Assembly (NCBI GenBank): GCA_026396675.1
Contig: JAPLWI010000014.1
Span: 376-64,375, forward strand
Source of the DNA: Candidatus Kaiserbacteria bacterium
GTDB lineage: Bacteria > Patescibacteriota > Minisyncoccia > Phycocordibacterales > Phycocordibacteraceae
Length of the DNA: 64,000 nt
Direction: 5' to 3'
Shown piece by piece: positions 18,543 to 27,302 of this stretch. The translations under genes were made by a program, and so were the position numbers. The notes under the pieces were generated by a model, which worked only from the letters and a program-made list of their open reading frames with translations, did no database searches and had not been told where the DNA came from. Position 1 is the stretch's first letter. Each line of letters opens with the position of its first letter.

Positions 18543-18630
18543 AAATACTCACCGCAAAAGCGAGCGAAAGAAATTTTTAGCGCGGTAGTGCGTATTGTAT
18601 AGTGAGAGCCATTATTGCTTAATAATCATT

Positions 18631-18933
18631 ATGGAAAACAATAAAGATTCGGATTGCAAGTGTTCGTTCCACGGAATATGCCACGGGATTCACAGTCATC
18701 ACTGGATGCATCTCGTTATCAAGATTTTCATCGCACTCTTCATCTTCTGGTGCGGTGTTCAGTTCGGAGAATTGCGGACGACTATACACGGCGGCTACGG
18801 TAATCATCGAATGATGGGTTCGTACGAGCAGTCCAGAAATATGATGTATTATGGCGGCGGTCCTGTGATGATGACTGGTCAGTCCACCGTTCCTCAAAAG
18901 TCAGCATCAACAGCGACCACAACGAAAAAATAA
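18631..18933 (+). CDS. His/Met-rich single-TM hypothetical protein
   Basis: Cys/His-rich N-terminus, one TM helix and a Met/Gly-rich tail. Confidence 0.6.
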   Translation: MENNKDSDCKCSFHGICHGIHSHHWMHLVIKIFIALFIFWCGVQFGELRTTIHGGYGNHRMMGSYEQSRNMMYYGGGPVMMTGQSTVPQKSASTATTTKK

Positions 18934-18934
18934 T

Positions 18935-19951
18935 TTATTTCCCCCGCCCGAAATATTTCTTTAGAAGCACGACATGTTCGGCGTATGTGTTGGAGCAGTG
19001 AAATTGTCCGGCATTGTCATGAAAATAGAAGAGACATGTAGTGCTCTTCGGATTTAGTGCAGCCAACACTGCGGCGACAGACGGATTCGCAATCGGTGTA
19101 GGCGGCAGTCCGGAGTGAATATATGTATTATATGGCGACTTGCGTGAAATATCGGCTGGGGTCGCCTTTGGCCACCAACTGCCGGTCGTTCGACCGTTTG
19201 CTTTTGCATATTGGACGGTGGCATCTATCTGAAGATTCATGTTAGCGAATAGACGGTTCCAGATAATACCAGATATAAGACGCATATCATCAGGTCCGCT
19301 GGCCTCGCGTTCGAGAAGCGAGGCAATAGTAAGAGCATCATTGAGCGGCACTATTTGAGCGGTTGTCGTTCCATAACGCGAAAGAATATCTTCAGCAAAA
19401 CGTTGGTTTACCATGTCTTGTGCAACAGCTGGCGTTGTTCCTTTTTCAACAACATACACGCCCGGCGAGAACGAACCCTCGGGCAATGGTAGCACCGCAT
19501 ATTTATCAGCGACCATGAACTGTTTTTTTTGCGTGCTGTTCCATGCGAGCGCGTTTCCGAACGCACTCGCCGCTTGCTCCTTCCGCATCCCCGGCGTGAT
19601 GGTTATGATGCGATTACTTGCTCCTGCAACTCCGGCAATGCTCTGATACCATGACGCTTCGCTGACGGTTGTTGCAATCCATTCAAATACGCTTCGTAAT
19701 GCACCCCCTGTATTTTCTACAGCCGCTTGTAGCGGAGGACGAGCGGTTTCAAAAATAGCATTCACCTGGGCATTTTCAACTATGATTTTATTCTTCGGAT
19801 CAACGGTAACTGGGAACTGGCCCAGTGTCATCGTGGCGGCCTGTTCATGTTGGATAGTGAGAACAAGAATTGTGGGAAGCGAAAGCACCGCCACTCCAAA
19901 TAAAACAATAAACACCAACACGACGACAAGTCGTTTGCCTTTCCAACGCAT
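18935..19951 (-). CDS. mltG: Endolytic transglycosylase MltG
   Basis: IASLLEREA, NRL..M.LQIDATVQY, SPYNTY..GLPPTPIANP. Confidence 0.9.
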   Translation of the reverse strand: MRWKGKRLVVVLVFIVLFGVAVLSLPTILVLTIQHEQAATMTLGQFPVTVDPKNKIIVENAQVNAIFETARPPLQAAVENTGGALRSVFEWIATTVSEASWYQSIAGVAGASNRIITITPGMRKEQAASAFGNALAWNSTQKKQFMVADKYAVLPLPEGSFSPGVYVVEKGTTPAVAQDMVNQRFAEDILSRYGTTTAQIVPLNDALTIASLLEREASGPDDMRLISGIIWNRLFANMNLQIDATVQYAKANGRTTGSWWPKATPADISRKSPYNTYIHSGLPPTPIANPSVAAVLAALNPKSTTCLFYFHDNAGQFHCSNTYAEHVVLLKKYFGRGK

Positions 19952-20039
19952 AATTATAGTATAACAAAAATATCGCCGGCTGTCTTATGGTATCGTTACA
20001 GAGGATTTGTTCTTAAATAAAAGAAAAAAGGAGGGCAAT

Positions 20040-21110
20040 ATGAAATTGCCAGGATTGAAGTTTAAAAATGTCAACTTGGGCAATTGTATTGTCCAAGGCG
20101 GAATGGGCGTCGGTGTTTCTCTTGCTACGCTCGCAGGAGCGGTTGCGGGAGAGGGAGGCCTTGGAATCATTTCAAGTGCAGGCCTCGACGAGATCGTATC
20201 GAAGAGAGATGGGAAGAACGTTGGTACTTACGAAGCGGTTAGAATTGAAATCGAGAAGGCAAAAAGTTTGAGCGGTGGTCGTGGCGCAATCGGCATTAAT
20301 GCGATGGTCGCAATTGTCCGCGACTATGAAGATACTATCCGTGCCGCAATTGACGCCGGAGCTGACGCGATTATTTCTGGCGGGGGTCTTCCACTCGGAC
20401 TCTCTGGTATTAAAAATCCAGGACACACGGCGCTTATTCCTATTGTCTCTAGTGCACGAGCATTGGAACTTATCATTAAGCGCTGGGAACGAGACGGTTA
20501 TCGACCGGACGCAGTTGTGTTAGAGGGACCTCTCGCGGGAGGACACCTCGGATTCAAGTACGAGGAGATAAATAATCCGGCTTCCGAGCTGGAAAATCTT
20601 TTATCAGAGGTTTTAGAAGTCGCTCACAAATACGGTGGCATTCCTGTTGTTGCCGCAGGTGGTGTCTTCACTCACGAAGACATCGAAAAGTTTCTCTCAA
20701 TGGGTGCAAGAGGGGTGCAAATAGGCACCAGATTTCTTGCAACGAAAGAGAGTTCGGCAACGGACGCATACAAACAGGCAGTAATTTCTGCAACAGAGGA
20801 CGACATCTTAGTCGTCTCATTCCCCGACAGAAATCCTGCTTCGCCCTGCGGACTTCCGCTTCGAATTCTCACGAGTTCACCTGCGTGCACTGCGGAGCGC
20901 ATGCCATGTTGTAGCAGAGGATTTTTGCTTCGAAATGGTGTTTGTAAAGCAAAGGACGACAATAGGTATCTCTGTGTTTGTAGTGCGTTAATGAGTTCAG
21001 CAGGATATGCTCCAGAAGAACCACCACTCTACACGGTTGGCCAAAATGCATATCGTGTAGACAAAATTGTTCCAGTAGAGGAGCTTATGAAAGAGCTCCT
21101 CGGCGAATAA
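20040..21110 (+). CDS. Nitronate monooxygenase / FabK-FabX family flavoprotein
   Basis: IVQGGMGVGVS, EGPLAGGHLG, AAGG, GVQIGTRF and a Cys-rich C-terminus; GGAGG SD. Confidence 0.85.
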   Translation: MKLPGLKFKNVNLGNCIVQGGMGVGVSLATLAGAVAGEGGLGIISSAGLDEIVSKRDGKNVGTYEAVRIEIEKAKSLSGGRGAIGINAMVAIVRDYEDTIRAAIDAGADAIISGGGLPLGLSGIKNPGHTALIPIVSSARALELIIKRWERDGYRPDAVVLEGPLAGGHLGFKYEEINNPASELENLLSEVLEVAHKYGGIPVVAAGGVFTHEDIEKFLSMGARGVQIGTRFLATKESSATDAYKQAVISATEDDILVVSFPDRNPASPCGLPLRILTSSPACTAERMPCCSRGFLLRNGVCKAKDDNRYLCVCSALMSSAGYAPEEPPLYTVGQNAYRVDKIVPVEELMKELLGE

Positions 21111-22078
21111 CAAGACCGTTTCTTCTTCATTTCACGATGACGGAGCAACGGTCTTTTACTCCCCTGTATCGCCTGGATAATTTCTACAGCTGAAACAGGT
21201 TTACCAAAAAAGATTACCCCCTCCTTTTCTTCTTCAGGTACATTTTTTCCACTTAGTAATACAATTCGTGTACTCGCATTGAGATGCGGTTTCGCTTTCC
21301 TGATGAATTCGGCGCCATCAATTCCTGGCATTTCATAGTCGGTAACCAGCGCGTTAATTTCCACAACCGAATTCTTTAGCCATTCTAAGGCCTTTTCCGG
21401 ATTAGAAAATGCATATACCAGATACCCGAAAAACTTGAAGTTTTCGCTAAACGTTCCCAATATTTCGCGATGATCCTCAACGAAAAGAATTGTTTTTTGT
21501 TCGTGATCTGTCTTTTTTTTCTTCGGAATTGACTCAGAACTTACCATTTGAAGTATATTTGCGCTCTTTCCAAAACTCCATATCAAAGCGCTCATAACCT
21601 CTCTGCTGATTTGTCGAGATTGAGCCAAATTTACCACCACCTGGAAATGGTGAAGACATTCCGACATGAAAGATCTATCCGTTTTCTTCTCAAGAAAGTC
21701 AATGGCTTTTTGAGCAACCCGAGTCAGTTTCAATTTTTTAGCTTCATCGAAACTGAACCACTTCACTTCCAGAATCCCTTCTTTCAATAGCGGGGCAGGG
21801 GGGTTTTCTCCGTAGTGATATCCGACGAAGATATCAAAAAGATAGAGCTGACCACTCCTTTGCTCATCGCAACTGAAAATCAATTGTTGCTCGAAAACTC
21901 CTTCGAGCTTTGATTCCTCTCGTATTTCTCTGGCAATAGTTTTTTCTCTCCCTTTGTCAGATGATTCAATATGGCCGCCAAGTAATCCCCAGAATAGGCC
22001 CTTTTTGCCTAAGAGTATTTGCCCATAGACATTTAACAGAGCTGCCAACGCCACATGGTGCGTTTTCCCTTTACTCAT
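21029..22078 (-). CDS. NUDIX hydrolase - response regulator receiver fusion
   Basis: Nudix box GGHIESSD...AREIREES; receiver motifs FVEDH, TDYEMPGIDG, LLSG and GKP. Confidence 0.75.
   Translation of the reverse strand: MSKGKTHHVALAALLNVYGQILLGKKGLFWGLLGGHIESSDKGREKTIAREIREESKLEGVFEQQLIFSCDEQRSGQLYLFDIFVGYHYGENPPAPLLKEGILEVKWFSFDEAKKLKLTRVAQKAIDFLEKKTDRSFMSECLHHFQVVVNLAQSRQISREVMSALIWSFGKSANILQMVSSESIPKKKKTDHEQKTILFVEDHREILGTFSENFKFFGYLVYAFSNPEKALEWLKNSVVEINALVTDYEMPGIDGAEFIRKAKPHLNASTRIVLLSGKNVPEEEKEGVIFFGKPVSAVEIIQAIQGSKRPLLRHREMKKKRSCYSPRSSFISSSTGTILSTRYAFWPTV
21112..21156. terminator. Probable bidirectional terminator
   Basis: AAGACCGTT...AACGGTCTT stem between convergent genes. Confidence 0.55.
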
Positions 22079-22182
22079 TTTCCTCACCACCTTTCTTTAT
22101 TTTTTGATGTCAAAAATCTACTAACTGACCACCACTATACACTATTGCGGATTAAAGTAAATGTATGGTATAATTTCCAGCA

Positions 22183-22392
22183 ATGCAGAAGAAAGAGACA
22201 ATCTATGGCGCAGAGAAACTTGCTAAATTTTTCGGAGTTACGAAGCAGACAGTGAGAGGATGGTGCAAGAAAGGCAAGTTGCCTGCGTTTAAAATAGGGA
22301 AGGAATGGAAAATCAGAGTAATGGATCTTCAAAAAATGATTGACCAGGAAGTCCGCATCAACAAAGACGAAAAATCCTCACGATTGTTTTAA
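22183..22392 (+). CDS. Excisionase-like HTH DNA-binding protein
   Basis: LAKFFGVTKQTVRGWCKKGKLPAFKIGKEWKI. Confidence 0.85.
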   Translation: MQKKETIYGAEKLAKFFGVTKQTVRGWCKKGKLPAFKIGKEWKIRVMDLQKMIDQEVRINKDEKSSRLF

Positions 22393-22399
22393 TCACTTG

Positions 22400-22813
22400 C
22401 TACACCGCACTACATTTCTGGCAGAGGCATCCATTCGGCCTGATGTGCATATCAAAATATTCAGTGTCGTAATCGTATGTTAATTCTTCTCCAACTTTGA
22501 TATTTCTTTTCGCAAAAACATAAATCCTTCGGTTACGTATGTCTATTTCGCAATTCGGCGCACAAGAATGGTTTATGTACCGCGCTTTATTTTCTTTAAT
22601 ATTTCCATCTATCATCGTGTTTTTACCTGTCCAAAAGAGATATTTTCCTTTATTTGCTTTTTGCTCTGATTCTGAGACCGGCCGTCCTGTGTATTCAATA
22701 ATGCATACGCCTCTCGGTATAGTTTCTTCAGAAAACATACCAAGTCCGGTACTCGAACGCCCGATGCGCAAAGCATATTTTTTTGGCTTAAAAACCTTTC
22801 GGATCTTTTCCAT
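22400..22813 (-). CDS. SET-domain protein (lysine methyltransferase-like)
   Basis: GLGMF, EYTG, ARYINHSCAPN, GEELTYDY and a post-SET CLCQKC. Confidence 0.9.
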   Translation of the reverse strand: MEKIRKVFKPKKYALRIGRSSTGLGMFSEETIPRGVCIIEYTGRPVSESEQKANKGKYLFWTGKNTMIDGNIKENKARYINHSCAPNCEIDIRNRRIYVFAKRNIKVGEELTYDYDTEYFDMHIRPNGCLCQKCSAV

Positions 22814-22829
22814 TTCGTTTCGCCGTGAT

Positions 22830-23063
22830 TTATGAAACCTTGCAACGAGAGGGAAGCCAATTCATCACCACTTTCCGATGCTGGTCAAGCGACCACGAAT
22901 CGTTGTGTTTAAAAAGTGTTACATGCGCTACTTTGAACTCTCGCAAGAGCGCTAAAGAGGCGCGCGGAAACTCCGAAGGGAGGCCTTCGTTATAGGACTT
23001 CAAGAATTCCGAAAGAGATAGCGATTTCTCGCTTCGTATTCGGTCAACATCAGGGAATCTCAT
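22830..23063 (-). CDS. Hypothetical protein
   Basis: Intact ORF co-oriented with the SET gene; TATTAT 8 nt upstream of the ATG. Confidence 0.6.
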   Translation of the reverse strand: MRFPDVDRIRSEKSLSLSEFLKSYNEGLPSEFPRASLALLREFKVAHVTLFKHNDSWSLDQHRKVVMNWLPSRCKVS

Positions 23064-23170
23064 TGCTTTCAATAATACCACGAACTACTCATTAAATCAA
23101 TTTTACCTTTCTGCTGGATAGAAGATGCCTGCCCGTCCGCAGCTTCTGAGCGAAGGAGGGTTCGAACTGC

Positions 23171-23223
23171 TGTATAAAAACAGAAACCGCCCAATCAAAG
23201 CCAGACGGCTCCGATTAGGCGGC
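23171..23223 (-). terminator. Intrinsic terminator, 3' 23 nt identical to that at 10780-10802
   Basis: Minus strand CCGCCTAATC...GATTGGGCGG then TTTCTGTTTTT. Confidence 0.75.
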
Positions 23224-23564
23224 TAACTCTTTGTTCGTCGGGTGACTTCATATCCAAGTCGGCGGACGAGTTTGACTAAATGCTCTTCTGCTTTGGACCA
23301 AATTGGAAGCGAGAATTTTTTCTGTGGATTTCTCTCAACACGATACGCAGTGTTTCCTTCAACGATAACTATTCCGATGTCATTTTCGTGAATACCGCTA
23401 AGAACCACCTCAATTGCGTTTGTAAAATGTCCACTCGCAATGATATGGTCATCAGTGTGTGGGTACATTCTTATCGCATCGCCAATTTTCGCCCCAAGTT
23501 CTGCATCCTTTTCTATATCAGACAAACCATCGTGCCGCACCAACAAAACGCTTAAATGTCCCAT
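23223..23564 (-). CDS. Orphan hypothetical protein
   Basis: TTGACA at 23641-23646, a GGAGG SD and a terminator; lies 3' of tRNA-Asn. Confidence 0.65.
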   Translation of the reverse strand: MGHLSVLLVRHDGLSDIEKDAELGAKIGDAIRMYPHTDDHIIASGHFTNAIEVVLSGIHENDIGIVIVEGNTAYRVERNPQKKFSLPIWSKAEEHLVKLVRRLGYEVTRRTKS

Positions 23565-23652
23565 TGCTTACCTCCTCAGAGTAAATGAAATGATCTCCAA
23601 AAGATCAATCTGCTTCTTATATATTACAAAGTATAAATACTGTCAAGCTCGG

Positions 23653-23724
23653 CTCCGGAGACAGGATTCGAACCTGTGACCTTACGATTAACAGTCGTTT
23701 GCTCTACCGCTGAGCTACTCCGGA
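23653..23724 (-). tRNA. tRNA-Asn(GTT)
   Basis: Acceptor TCCGGAG/CTCCGGA, anticodon loop ctGTTaa, T loop TTCGAAT. Confidence 0.95.
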
Positions 23725-23775
23725 ATATACGCATTCTAACTGAAAAATGATTTGCCGCAATGGTACAGTACAACG

Positions 23776-23994
23776 ATGTATCTGAAAGTATTCGTCACGC
23801 CGAGCGCCAAGCACGAAAAGATAGGGGAGAAAGACGAGGCCCTTACAATTTCAGTGAGAGAGCCGGCGACAGGGAATCGTGCAAATCTGCGTGTGCGCGA
23901 GATTATTGCAAAACGACTCGGGAAACGACTTGGAGAAGTGCGCATTCTGACAGGGCACCACTCGCGCTCTAAAATGATAAGTATTACTGACTGA
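23776..23994 (+). CDS. DUF167/YggU family protein
   Basis: KVFVTPSAK, ISVREPATGNRAN and GHHSRSK. Confidence 0.8.
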   Translation: MYLKVFVTPSAKHEKIGEKDEALTISVREPATGNRANLRVREIIAKRLGKRLGEVRILTGHHSRSKMISITD

Positions 23995-24814
23995 CTTTGT
24001 AATCCATCTCGTGTTTGCCTTCAGGGATTACGCGCTCAATAACAAACTCCCCATTCTTTAGTGATGCTTTTGTTATCTTGATTCGTTTATTATTCTCGAA
24101 GAAATAAGTACCGATGCCGTCAGCATACGCGCGATATTTCCTCCAGTTCTCTTCATCTGAGGCATCGAGCGACAATAGTCCGTCTTCTTTTTTAATTTTC
24201 TTTGTGTGGGAAGCAAGCGAATTATCTTGTGGCACGGGTTCAACGTCACCCGATAAATATTTGTTGAGAGTGTCGACGAGCAGTTGTGCACCCATCTCGA
24301 TAAGTCGCGGGCGCAGTTCGCGTGCTGTCTCGGCTTGTGCAATTGGTGTTTCTTTTTGTGCGACAATGTCTCCTGCATCAACCTCGCGCGCCATCTTTTG
24401 GACGGTGACACCAGTCGTCAGATCGCCGGCTAAAAGGGCTGATTCAAGTGGCGTTGCGCCGCGGTATTTTGGCAGGAGCGAATAATGAATATTCAATACG
24501 CCCTTCGGAAATAACTCGATAAGTTCTTCAGGAAATATTTTTCCGTAGGCAACGACGACAGCATAATCGCACTTTTTTGCTCGGATTGTTGTAATTATTT
24601 CGGTGTCAAATGTTTCGGGAGTGAAGACCGAAATGCCATGTGCGAGCGCTAGCGTTTTCACTTCGGACGGCATAACGGCGAGACCACGACCCTTTGGAGC
24701 ATCTGGGGAAGTAACAACAATCGCGGGGATGAAATCATGTGCAATGAGAACTGCAAGCGTCTCGCTCGCGACAAATGGAGTACCGAAAAAGGCGAATGAA
24801 GAAGAGCTATTCAT
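23984..24814 (-). CDS. fmt: Methionyl-tRNA formyltransferase (short)
   Basis: FFGTP, VVAYGKI, NIHYSLLPKYRGATP and DAGDI. Confidence 0.93.
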   Translation of the reverse strand: MNSSSSFAFFGTPFVASETLAVLIAHDFIPAIVVTSPDAPKGRGLAVMPSEVKTLALAHGISVFTPETFDTEIITTIRAKKCDYAVVVAYGKIFPEELIELFPKGVLNIHYSLLPKYRGATPLESALLAGDLTTGVTVQKMAREVDAGDIVAQKETPIAQAETARELRPRLIEMGAQLLVDTLNKYLSGDVEPVPQDNSLASHTKKIKKEDGLLSLDASDEENWRKYRAYADGIGTYFFENNKRIKITKASLKNGEFVIERVIPEGKHEMDYKVSQ

Positions 24815-25344
24815 TGTTGTTGATGGAGATATACCGCGTGGTCTGTAAAAAGAATACCGTTCAGATGGTCCATTTCATGTTCAAAAATTTGCGCCATGAG
24901 ACCGCCGGCACCGCGAGTGAATCGTGTTCCATCAAGATGACGCGCGGAAATAGTAACGCGCTCGTGTCGGCTTGTCGTGCCATAAACGCCGTGAATCGAG
25001 AGACATCCCTCATCTTCTTCTGCGCGTTTACGAGATGTCTTTATAATTTCTGGATTGATATACAACTCGACTTTCGGTACCGGTGCTGGAAGTGCTTCAT
25101 CCTCCGCAACTTCAGGCAGCGGGACGGTTCGATCTTTTCTCACGATAAAAAGACGATACGAAACACCAACTTGCGGCGCGGCTAGTGCAACACCTTCGGG
25201 GTGTTTATCCAGTTCTTCGGCCATATCATCAATGAGGCGCGCGAGTTCATCCGAGCCGAAAAGTTCCTCTGGTACGGGCTTTGCCACCTCACGCAGCACC
25301 TTTGCGCCTGCCCGGCCAGGGCCATCTTGCACGATTTCTTTCAT
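24811..25344 (-). CDS. def: Peptide deformylase
   Basis: GVALAAPQVG, EGCLS and HEMDH. Confidence 0.95.
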   Translation of the reverse strand: MKEIVQDGPGRAGAKVLREVAKPVPEELFGSDELARLIDDMAEELDKHPEGVALAAPQVGVSYRLFIVRKDRTVPLPEVAEDEALPAPVPKVELYINPEIIKTSRKRAEEDEGCLSIHGVYGTTSRHERVTISARHLDGTRFTRGAGGLMAQIFEHEMDHLNGILFTDHAVYLHQQQ

Positions 25345-25387
25345 ATTGCCTAGTATAGCTCGTCGGCAAAACAAAATAAAGATAGTG

Positions 25388-25672
25388 CTAATGTTTCTTT
25401 GGGTCTAGTTCCCACCAGAATTTTTTGCCAAAATTTTGTGCCTGACTGCACACACTTTTTAAATAATATAAATCCTGCGTCGGTATTTTTTCTAGAACCG
25501 TGCCAAGATGCGCCATCGTCATAGGTGCGAGACCATCATTCTTACGAGAATAATTCAGATGCCGAAGAAAGAAACGCATCAACTCACCGCGTTCGGTTTG
25601 ACGTTTCCGTCCCTTCGGCGCTTCTGCCGCCTTTTTTTCGATATCGGGAAGGATTTCACCAATGGATTTCAT
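25388..25672 (-). CDS. Hypothetical protein
   Basis: Likely start MKSIGEIL, whose ATG overlaps the GIY-YIG stop (ATGA). Confidence 0.65.
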   Translation of the reverse strand: MKSIGEILPDIEKKAAEAPKGRKRQTERGELMRFFLRHLNYSRKNDGLAPMTMAHLGTVLEKIPTQDLYYLKSVCSQAQNFGKKFWWELDPKKH

Positions 25673-25953
25673 CCCGTTAGAGATAGGAAACGCTTCATTC
25701 TGTTTTTCAAATATCGTTTCCCCATTCCCGTTTTTAGATATTTCTCTCGTGCTGCGGCGTCGTTTATATTGAGGCATGCTTCGTAATATATTAACTCATA
25801 CGGACGATGCTGTTTTGTCCACCCGCTTTGACCTTTCTGATGCTGGCTGAAGCGTTTCCGTAAATCGTTCGTGACTCCCGTGTACCAATAATCGCTTGAA
25901 AGGCTTCTGATGACGTACACATAACACATTTTGGTATCTCTAACGGGATTCAT
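25669..25953 (-). CDS. GIY-YIG nuclease family protein
   Basis: YVYVIRS...YTGVTNDLRKRFSQH...YYE...AAAREKYLK. Confidence 0.9.
   Translation of the reverse strand: MNPVRDTKMCYVYVIRSLSSDYWYTGVTNDLRKRFSQHQKGQSGWTKQHRPYELIYYEACLNINDAAAREKYLKTGMGKRYLKNRMKRFLSLTG
25672..25948. mobile_element. 277-bp TIR-flanked element carrying a GIY-YIG gene
   Basis: TCCCGTTAGAGATA (25672-25685) and TATCTCTAACGGGA (25935-25948), with TTCA repeated at 25668-25671 and 25949-25952. Confidence 0.8.
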
Positions 25954-27272
25954 CAATTCGTATGGGCCTCAATAGAGGCACCGAGATGTTGGAGACGGAG
26001 CACGATATCTTCATAGCCGCGATTGATACTATATACATTTCGTAAGACCGAACGACCTTTCGCGGCTAGCATCGCGACTAAAATAATAGTCGCTGGCCTG
26101 AGTGCAGGCGGACAAATAACCTCGGCCGCCTTAAGTATTGTAGGACCTTCAATCGAAATGCGGTGCGGGTCATGCAATATCGTTGTCGCACCAAGACGGT
26201 CGAGCTCGGTATAGTAAATAGCGCGCTTTTCATATACCCAGTCGTGAATAAGCGTCATTCCCTTCGCTTGCGTAGCAATAACTGCAAAGAATGGAAGATT
26301 ATCTATATTAAGTCCCGGGTACGGACGTGCATGAATTTTTTCTGGGAAGGCGACGAGTCCGCCAGCCGGCGGATGACTTATTGAAATGTCAACTAATTTT
26401 GTAATGCCGTTCTCCGATGGTCGGGCATTTGAAAGAGTAAATTTCAAACCCATTTTCCCGAGGAGCAACAGTTCAACTTCGAGAAACTCGATCGGCGCGT
26501 CCGCGACCGTGACGGCGGAGCCGGTCACAATCGCGGACGCGATGAAAAACATCGCATCGGTCGGATCTTGGGCTACGCTGTACGAGACATCTTTGTTGAT
26601 ATATTTAACGCCGTGAACAGATAGTGTTGTAGAACCGATGCCTTCAATCGAAACGCCAAGCGCTTGTAAAAATCCGCATACTTCTTGCACCTGATAATTC
26701 GCCGAAGCATATTTAATCACCGAAATACCTGGAATACATGCGGCAGCGAGAAGTGCGTTAATCGTTGCGGTATCGCTTGATTCATAAAGAACAATTTCTG
26801 CCGGATGAAGTGTCGCATGAGTGATACGATAATTTTCAGAATGCGTTTCTATCGCAACGCCGAATTTTTCAAGTGCCATCCCGTGTGGTCGTATACTTCG
26901 AAGACCGAGAGTGCATCCTCCTGACTGCGGAAGATCAAAGGAATTAAAATAATGAATAAGAGGACCGACGAACATAAGAATACTACGCGTCTTCATCGCT
27001 GAAGCGCGATCAATTGTATCGAGAGAAATTTTTTCCGGTGGAATTATAACGACATCGTGATTAACCCACTCAACCTCAACGTCAATTGAACGCAACACCT
27101 CAATCAGGCGATTCACCTCTTCAATTTTTGGAACATTCCGAAGTGTCGTTCGTCCGCGGTTAAGAAGGGAAGCTGCGAGAAGCGCGACAACACCATTCTT
27201 TGACCTACTGGTAACAACGGTCCCTGACAGCTTCTTCCCGCCATCGACGACGAAGTTTAATCCTTCTTGCAT
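25953..27272 (-). CDS. murA: UDP-N-acetylglucosamine 1-carboxyvinyltransferase
   Basis: SKN, LRNVP, catalytic GGCTLGLR, RPYPG, YEKR and INRGYE. Confidence 0.92.
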   Translation of the reverse strand: MQEGLNFVVDGGKKLSGTVVTSRSKNGVVALLAASLLNRGRTTLRNVPKIEEVNRLIEVLRSIDVEVEWVNHDVVIIPPEKISLDTIDRASAMKTRSILMFVGPLIHYFNSFDLPQSGGCTLGLRSIRPHGMALEKFGVAIETHSENYRITHATLHPAEIVLYESSDTATINALLAAACIPGISVIKYASANYQVQEVCGFLQALGVSIEGIGSTTLSVHGVKYINKDVSYSVAQDPTDAMFFIASAIVTGSAVTVADAPIEFLEVELLLLGKMGLKFTLSNARPSENGITKLVDISISHPPAGGLVAFPEKIHARPYPGLNIDNLPFFAVIATQAKGMTLIHDWVYEKRAIYYTELDRLGATTILHDPHRISIEGPTILKAAEVICPPALRPATIILVAMLAAKGRSVLRNVYSINRGYEDIVLRLQHLGASIEAHTN

Positions 27273-27302
27273 AAGAAATAGTGTATCATTACCCTGCAAA
27301 CT

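Noticed and set aside
21029-21158. Functional 82-bp antisense overlap between the NUDIX-REC and flavoprotein genes
   Set aside because: A TAA one frame away (21156-21158) sits right before the terminator hairpin, after a G run. A 1-nt indel or stop loss is the simpler explanation.
22183-23724. Prophage or integrative element between the xis-like gene and tRNA-Asn
   Set aside because: No integrase or phage genes. The att-like remnant near 23113-23167 is only weakly similar to the tRNA 3' end and is interrupted by a repeat.
25673-25777. N-terminal 35 aa of the 129-aa ORF 25388-25777
   Set aside because: This is an alternative frame of the GIY-YIG gene; the plausible start is the ATG at 25672.
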